Shown: positions 56,987 to 64,000 of the stretch, piece after piece | Layout: every line of letters starts with the position of its first letter | Numbering within the stretch: position 1 is the stretch's first letter | Assembly (NCBI GenBank): GCA_964016885.1 | Contig: OZ024757.1 | Span: 24,242,001 to 24,306,000 of the forward strand | DNA length: 64,000 bases | Direction: 5' to 3' | DNA from: Eledone cirrhosa | Lineage: Eukaryota | Position numbers and translations under genes: made by a program | The notes under the pieces: generated by a model | Databases searched by the model: none | What the model was told of the DNA's origin: nothing | Seen by the model: the letters and a program-made list of their open reading frames with translations, nothing else

Positions 56987-58978
56987 AGAGAAAGATAGAA
57001 AGTGAGAGAGAGGAAATGAGAAAGAGATATAGAGGAAACGAGAAAGAGATATAGAGGAAGAATCGACCCCAGTACTAGACTGGTACTTTTTTTCTATTGA
57101 CCTCGAATGGATGAAAGGCAAAGTTGACCTTGGCAGGATTTGAACTCCGAGAGCAGAGAGCCGCAACGAATGCCATAAAGCATTCTATCCGCCGTTCTAA
57201 CGACTCTGCCGCCTATATTTGAACATTCACCAAGGAAATCAACGAAAGAAGGAAGACTTTAACGATGTTTACCGACATGCTAGAAATAGCAGCCAAATCT
57301 TCCTCTTTGATAAAAAAAAAAAAAAATGGATGACATTAGATATTACAGTCCTACTTAAACATGTTCTTAAGATGCTTATTACTAAAATCAATAATTGGTG
57401 ATTGATACTAATTAATAAGATCGATGGTTTGCGTCGTTATCTTATATATCGTTTAAACTAGCAAAAAATTGATGTGCTGAACTGATGTTCATAGAGCTTT
57501 TTTTATTGAGACACATAATCTATAACCGATATATATTTATTTGCTTCGATTAAATCTCTCTCTCACTCCCCCCCCCCCTCCTCTTCTCTCTCACCTCTTC
57601 TCCCCTTCCCTCTCTCTCTCTCTCTCTCTCTTTCTCTCTGTATTTAATAGGCTACCTACTCCCTGAATAACTATCAGAATTTAAAATATAATTTTGGACC
57701 CAATTCCTATTACGAATATACACAACAACCAGTTTGATGTTTAATATATTCGACTGTTCTCAAATCTTTTTTAATTTCTAACTTTTAATTTTTGAAATTT
57801 TAAGTTTTTAAGTTTAAATTTAAAATTTTTAATTTTTTTATCTGTAACTTTATTTTCCAGTGAGGATTTGTATTAACCATAGATTTAATTTATATTCTCA
57901 CTTTGTCGTTATTGGTCAGTACATTGTCCATAACCGGGTAGTGGTGGTGGTGGTGGTGGTGGCACACGTACTCAAACACAGAATTCTATTGGACCCCAAA
58001 GCTTGCAGCAAACAATTCGGTGGCTGAATTGAACTCTCTGTGACCGTATCGTGTTGCTAGCTGAGGTGGTGGGGGATTGGTGGCTGGGAAGAATCACCTA
58101 AGGTCGTATTAATCTGGGTGGTGGTTAAGTGGTCAACTTCCGCCACGTCTACGCAAAGCTGTTGGGAAGTTCTGAAATTTACAAGGGAGCGGACAACCCC
58201 ATAAAAACATTTGTGTGTGTGTGTGTGTGTACTGTGGGTTTACCTATATAAACCACTTTCTCTTTTTCCAGCCCACACCAAAAACAAATTGTTGGCCTTG
58301 TACCAAAATTGGAAATATAATACTTGTTTCTACTTGTGGTACAAGGGCAGCAATTATCCCAGTGTATTACTGGTACTTTATTTTATCGACCCCGTAAGGA
58401 TGGAAGGCAAAGTTAATCTCGACGTGATTTGAACTCAGACCGCAAAGGGACGTAACTATATGCTGAAAAGCATGGCGTCCAACCCTCTACCGATACTTGT
58501 TTCTACTTTAGGCACAAGGCCAGCAATTATCCCAGTGCATTACTGGTACTTTATTTTATCGACCCCGTAAGGATGAAAGGCAAAGTCAACCTCGGCGGGA
58601 TTTGAACTCAGATCGTAAAGGGACGTAACTCTATGCTGAAAAGCATGGCGTCCAACCCTCTATCGATACTGCCAATCCACCGCCCTTGAAAATGTATTAA
58701 TACGGTTATTTCTGCGTTAGGTCGACTACATTTCAAATTTCAAAATTTTCCCAATGTTTCCGAAGTCAACAGTTGTTTTGTTTGATGTTGTTATTTTCAT
58801 AACACAAATTACTCGCGTATTTCACAGTTAAAGGTTTAACAGACCCACATCTACTGACATTTGTTTAACAATTTCAAACCCGCTGTAAATGTTGGCTGCT
58901 CTTAGATTTCAAAAGTTAATAGAGCCAACTTAGTGATTCAAATAACCAACTGGCTCAGTCAAAAATAGACGAATGACA

Positions 58979-59012
58979 CTTTTATTTTTTGCGTGGCAAC
59001 GAAGAACGCCAT

Positions 59013-59101
<89 letters not shown>

Positions 59102-59470
59102 AATGCGACACACTGCCTATCTCTTTCTCTCGTCATATATAAATATATAGTAAATACTTTCAAACAATACTCCATCTCATTACTCTCTTTCTTTAATTTG
59201 CCATCCTATTTTCTGATGAAGGACTAGCGTCCAAAACGTTAAGACTCTTTTTATTTTTTGCGTGGCAACGAAGAACGCCATGCACACACACACACAAACA
59301 CACACACATATATATATATAAATGCGACACACTGCCTATCTCTTTCTCTCGTCATATATAAATATATAGTAAATAATTTCAAACAATACTCCATCTCATT
59401 ACTCCCTTTCTTTAATTTGCCATCCTATTTTCTGATAAAGGACTAGCGTCCAAAACGTTAAGACTCTTTC
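58979..59470. repeat. Tandem duplication of about 220-270 bp ending in a degenerate hammerhead-like motif
   Basis: Two copies from TTTTATTTTTTGCGTGGC to GTTAAGACTCTTT. Confidence 0.85.
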
Positions 59471-59561
59471 CCTACTATATCAAGTGTAAAACAAATATAT
59501 TTCTTCATTGTACTGTGCCAATTGCTTTGTTATTTCTGTTTACCTTCTGCATATATATACA

Positions 59562-59640
59562 CAGGGTGTCCCCCCAAATTGTTTACAAACTTTGATTAGA
59601 ATGCTGTTGAAGTGTGTATACATTTTTTGTTGACACCCTG
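59562..59640. mobile_element. Small Tc1/mariner-type MITE; relative at about 26550-26636
   Basis: CAGGGTGTC...GACACCCTG termini. Confidence 0.55.
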
Positions 59641-59822
59641 TATGTATATATATGTATGTATATATATATATATGTGTGTGTGTGTATATATGTGTGTGTG
59701 TGTATATATGTGTATATATATATGTGTGTATATATATATGTGTGTATATATATATGTGTATATATATATATGTGTGTATATGTATATATGTGTATATATA
59801 TATATATGTGTGTGTATATATA

Positions 59823-59854
<32 letters not shown>

Positions 59855-59864
59855 CGTATGTCTT

Positions 59865-59939
<75 letters not shown>

Positions 59940-60277
59940 ATATATATATATATATGTATATATATGTATGTATATATATGTATATATATATATATATATA
60001 TGTTGTTATACTTTGGGAGGGTCATGTTGCCAATAAGAAACACACGCACCAGTTGCTTTCACTTCAATTTATTATAATAAATTTATAAATTTAGGAATTT
60101 ATAAATTTCCGGTTGGTGGGTTGGTTCCACAACCAGATGGTGGTTTATATATTGTCAAAGTTCTTTCGTCACACATTCTGTGACCTCTTCAGTGACTGGG
60201 GATTCTTTTCTTTGTTTTTGTGCCTCTCCTTTGTTCTGTCCTACGCCATCTTGGCGTAGGACAGATATATATGTATA

Positions 60278-60835
60278 ACCTGTCTCATGGTCGGGTCGTT
60301 GGCGACTAAACCGGCAACCCCACCAAGATTTCTTGGTGAGGAGAGTGACTTTGGACATCCTGCAGGACTAAAAACAAAACCTGTCAAAGGGCAAAGGAGC
60401 TCTTAAGAGTCAATGGCCATCCAAAATCACCGGTGATGACCCCTTAGCCTTTGTCAAGGCAGAATTCTAGGAGAAGGAAAACTCTGATATAACACCTGCA
60501 ACCCTGATGGTATCCAATGATGTTGACTTGTTCTTCTTTTTGGTAAATATCATCTTGGTTAAGAGAGTGAGACTGGCTTTGTGCAGTGCCTTTGCTCACT
60601 ATAAAAGCTTCACGGCACAGGCATTGCTTTATATCTGGAGATCTCTCTGCACTTGTTACATGGTACCATGGGCCCAGCACTATGTGTCAATAATTGTCAC
60701 AAGTCTAGTGTTTGTACCAGGGTTTTCAAGTCGCTGGCTGGACTAAAAAGTCACACTTGTTCAGCGCTTCGGTAGGGGTTCTCCTACATGGATATAGAGT
60801 AGTGGCCGTACTCGAAAACGAGTTGGCAGCCACCA
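60278..60835 (+). mobile_element. Nearly full copy of the non-autonomous RTE-derived element
   Basis: Matches the reverse complement of 40523-41085; (TA/TG)n tail. Confidence 0.8.
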
Positions 60836-60945
60836 TGTATATAGATATATATGTATATACATGTATATATGTATATATATGTATATATATGTACTTATAT
60901 ATATACATATGTTTATGTACGTATATATATATAAATATATGTATG

Positions 60946-60976
<31 letters not shown>

Positions 60977-61016
60977 ATGTATATATATATGTATATATAT
61001 ATATATGTGTATGTAT

Positions 61017-61062
<46 letters not shown>

Positions 61063-61641
61063 GTATATATATATGTATATATATATATGTGTGTATGTAT
61101 ATACATGTATATATATATATATGTATATATATGTATATATATGTATATATTTATATATGTATATATTTATATATGTATATATAAATGGAAAAAATGAAAT
61201 TTCATTTCTCATTCTTAGTTCGGCTGATACTTAAATATAAGTATGTATACGTACATACATATATGTATACAGACGTACAGTAGTATGTATATACATACAT
61301 ACATGCACACATATATATATATGTACGTATGGGTTTACCGAACATTTATTATAATGTACGGTTTGTTTGTAAACAAACAGCCCGAATTAAGCCGTACAGT
61401 GTTCGGCAACCATCGTTGCCCTTTTGTTCAACACTGACAAGGAACGATGAACTAGTTTCTAGCCTATTAGCTGTCATCAGCACCGTATACCTTCCTGTCA
61501 TTCGATTGAACGTTTGAAAGTATAAACTTTCCCTATGCATATTAACGGCTGAGCAGCCTAATTTGCATATCGAGTGAGTTTGTCGGCCGGGCGTACCAAA
61601 AACGATAAATGGAAGAATTGAAATTTCATTTCTCACTCTTA

Positions 61642-62057
61642 TATATTGGTTTGATTAAAACAACAGAAGGCCGAACTGGTGATGTTCCTTTAAAGTTTTA
61701 TTATTTCAAAAACACTATATATATTTCAATGGCCTGGGTACGTAAGATTTTGGCGACATCATCAGGTTCAGATTGCATAATTAGTTAATCAATAAAGGAA
61801 TTACGGCAGAGAAAATATCGAAAAAATATATTGGATTCAGGGATGGCCTGCAGCAACAATAGCAGCTAGGTCGCAGGCCATCTCCGAATCAGATATAGTT
61901 TTTCTATATTTTCTCTCTTTGTGTATGCCGTAATTCCTTTATTGATTAACTAATTATTCAATATGTACCTGATGATGTTGTCAGTGTCGTACGCAATAAA
62001 GCCATTGAAATCTTTAAAGGAACATCACTAGTCCGGCCTTCTGTTGTTTTAATCAAA

Positions 62058-62065
<8 letters not shown>
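61642..62065. mobile_element. Degenerate fold-back element with hammerhead core remnants
   Basis: About 200-bp imperfect inverted arms; CTGATGA at 61969 (+) and 61765-61759 (-), each with a downstream GAAA; abuts (TA)n. Confidence 0.5.
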
Positions 62066-62136
<71 letters not shown>

Positions 62137-63649
62137 CATTATTTATATACTCCATTCCTGCACCAGCCTATGGATTCAATATGAATGTTGGATGAGTTGT
62201 GTAACGTAATGCTTTTTCTACTATTGCATGATTTCTCACGAATGAAACAGTTCTAGTGCTGTAGAACCTCTTCTATATTAAAATATATATACATATATAT
62301 ATATATCTGTTTCTACTTTAGGCACAAGGCCAGCAATTACCCAGTTCATTACTGGTACTTTATTTTATCGACCCCGTAAGGATGAAAGGCAAAGTCAACC
62401 TCGGCGGGATTTGAACTCAGATCGTAAAGGGACGTAACTATGCTGGAAAGCATGGCGTCCGACCCTCTACCGATACTGCCAATCCACTGCCTATATATAT
62501 CAACAATCACACGGTCACCCAAATATGTGTGTGTGTGTGTGTGTAATGTTATGACCAGGTTGAAGTAGTTAATTATTCTATTATTTTTTACGATCGTTTC
62601 AATGAACGAAATTATCGATAATTTTCTTCACTGAACCGCTCGTAAAACAAAATATTAACTACACTGCACTTTGCCTCATTCTGTCATTATTTAACGTAAT
62701 ATATCTGACTCTGAGGTTTTGAATACTCAACGATATGTATATACTTTGTAAACATTTTTGGTATGGATGGGAAAGCGGAGGGAAAATAGGGGTTAGTATC
62801 AAGTCCACTCCAGAAGAGAGGGTCAGGCAATTATCATATCTTTAGTGGAGATGGACAGAGAAATAGGTGCTGGAGTCCAGTCCAGAAAACAGACTCAGAT
62901 TCCACATGATTGGTGATTATTGGAAGGTGCACAGAAAACTACAGGCTGGAGTCCAGTCCGGACAGTCCGGCTGCTACACCTTTGGCAAAAGTGACCAGAT
63001 GAACAGAGGAATATTGTCTGATCCAAAAGAGAGGGACAGTCCTGTATCACATCTTTGGTGAGGGTGGGGGTGATAGACAGAGGAACATAGACAAGTGTTC
63101 ACTCAGGACAGTCCGGTATTCCATCTTTGGCACAAGTGACAAGATGGACTGAAGAATATGTTCAATGTCCTGTCCAGAAGAAAAGGTCAGTCAAATATTA
63201 CATCTTTGGTGAGGTTGGCCAGATGGACAAAGAAATATAGACAAATGTCTTGCCTAGAAAACAGACTGTCCGGAATAACATTTTTGGTGAGGATGGGAAG
63301 ATGGACAGACGAATTTCGACCAATGTCCAGTGAATCGTGGGTCAACTTAATCAAGGCCCATCCTGATTGGACTAAACAACATCAACATGTATTTCCAAAT
63401 GAGGTTTTCTGCAGTGGCTAATATTTATGAATTGTTCCGTAGCCAAACCGGAAATGAATGTAACAAAATGTCTGCCGAACAAAAGTGAAATAAAATGTCA
63501 GGAAAACGTGACATGGCACCATATTTAAATGTCTGTGTGGCCTGTGAAGTTATGTGCTGACGGTGTTAGGTCGAGATATAATTACTCACAATTGGAAAAT
63601 GTCGGAAATACATCGAACTTTAAACAAAGAGAGGGAAATAGGGAGAGAC

Positions 63650-63706
<57 letters not shown>

Positions 63707-64000
63707 GACATAGAAAGAGAGAGAGAGAGAGAGAGAGGGGGGAGGGGGCATGTGTTAGACTTATAAAGAACTGTAAATAGAGATATATGATGTCGGAAAC
63801 CTTTAAAGCCAACTTTATATAGTAAACCATTTAAGGAATTTAATCAGTGACGCTATCACCATGAGAAAACAACAGTCAAGTTCGCAGTGAAATATTTAAT
63901 GAAGTTAGCATAAAAAATAACTAATTGCAAATAATTACTGCGTGCGAAAATGTTTTATTTATTTCCACAAGAACAGGAAACAGTCTGACATGTTTCGGTG

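Noticed and set aside
62760-63400. Short ORFs 62867-63061 and 63158-63421
   Set aside because: Region looks like a degenerate tandem repeat (recurring ATCTTTGG..GGACAGA..GTCCAG); no recognisable protein motif

Overview
Eukaryotic, AT- and microsatellite-rich genomic DNA. The SINE families suggest an octopod cephalopod (inference). The one clear protein-coding gene is a minus-strand, protostome-type (long coil 1b) cytoplasmic intermediate filament / neurofilament-like gene. Its head and rod exons 1-6 lie at 34954 down to 13480; no tail exon was found in the window. Exons 3-6 recur almost identically at 10502-5627 across a 200-N gap, most likely an assembly overlap. The rest is (TA)n/(CA)n/(TACA)n arrays (source of nearly all ORF-track entries), tRNA-derived SINEs, a decayed RTE LINE, a non-autonomous RTE-derived family, R4/Dong- and CRE-like fragments, Helitron-like elements, MITEs and minisatellites. 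The most interesting signal is a set of at least 11 non-redundant type I hammerhead ribozyme motifs (CTGANGA...GAAA, palindromic stem III), plus several degenerate ones. They belong to several divergent families of short fold-back elements that mostly abut (TA)n tracts and share a 3' tail motif (GAGT(G/A/T)CT). The architecture resembles Penelope-like pseudo-LTR remnants or retrozymes. Several motifs lie in the sense orientation of the IF pre-mRNA introns. All structures were folded by eye, and repeat boundaries are approximate.
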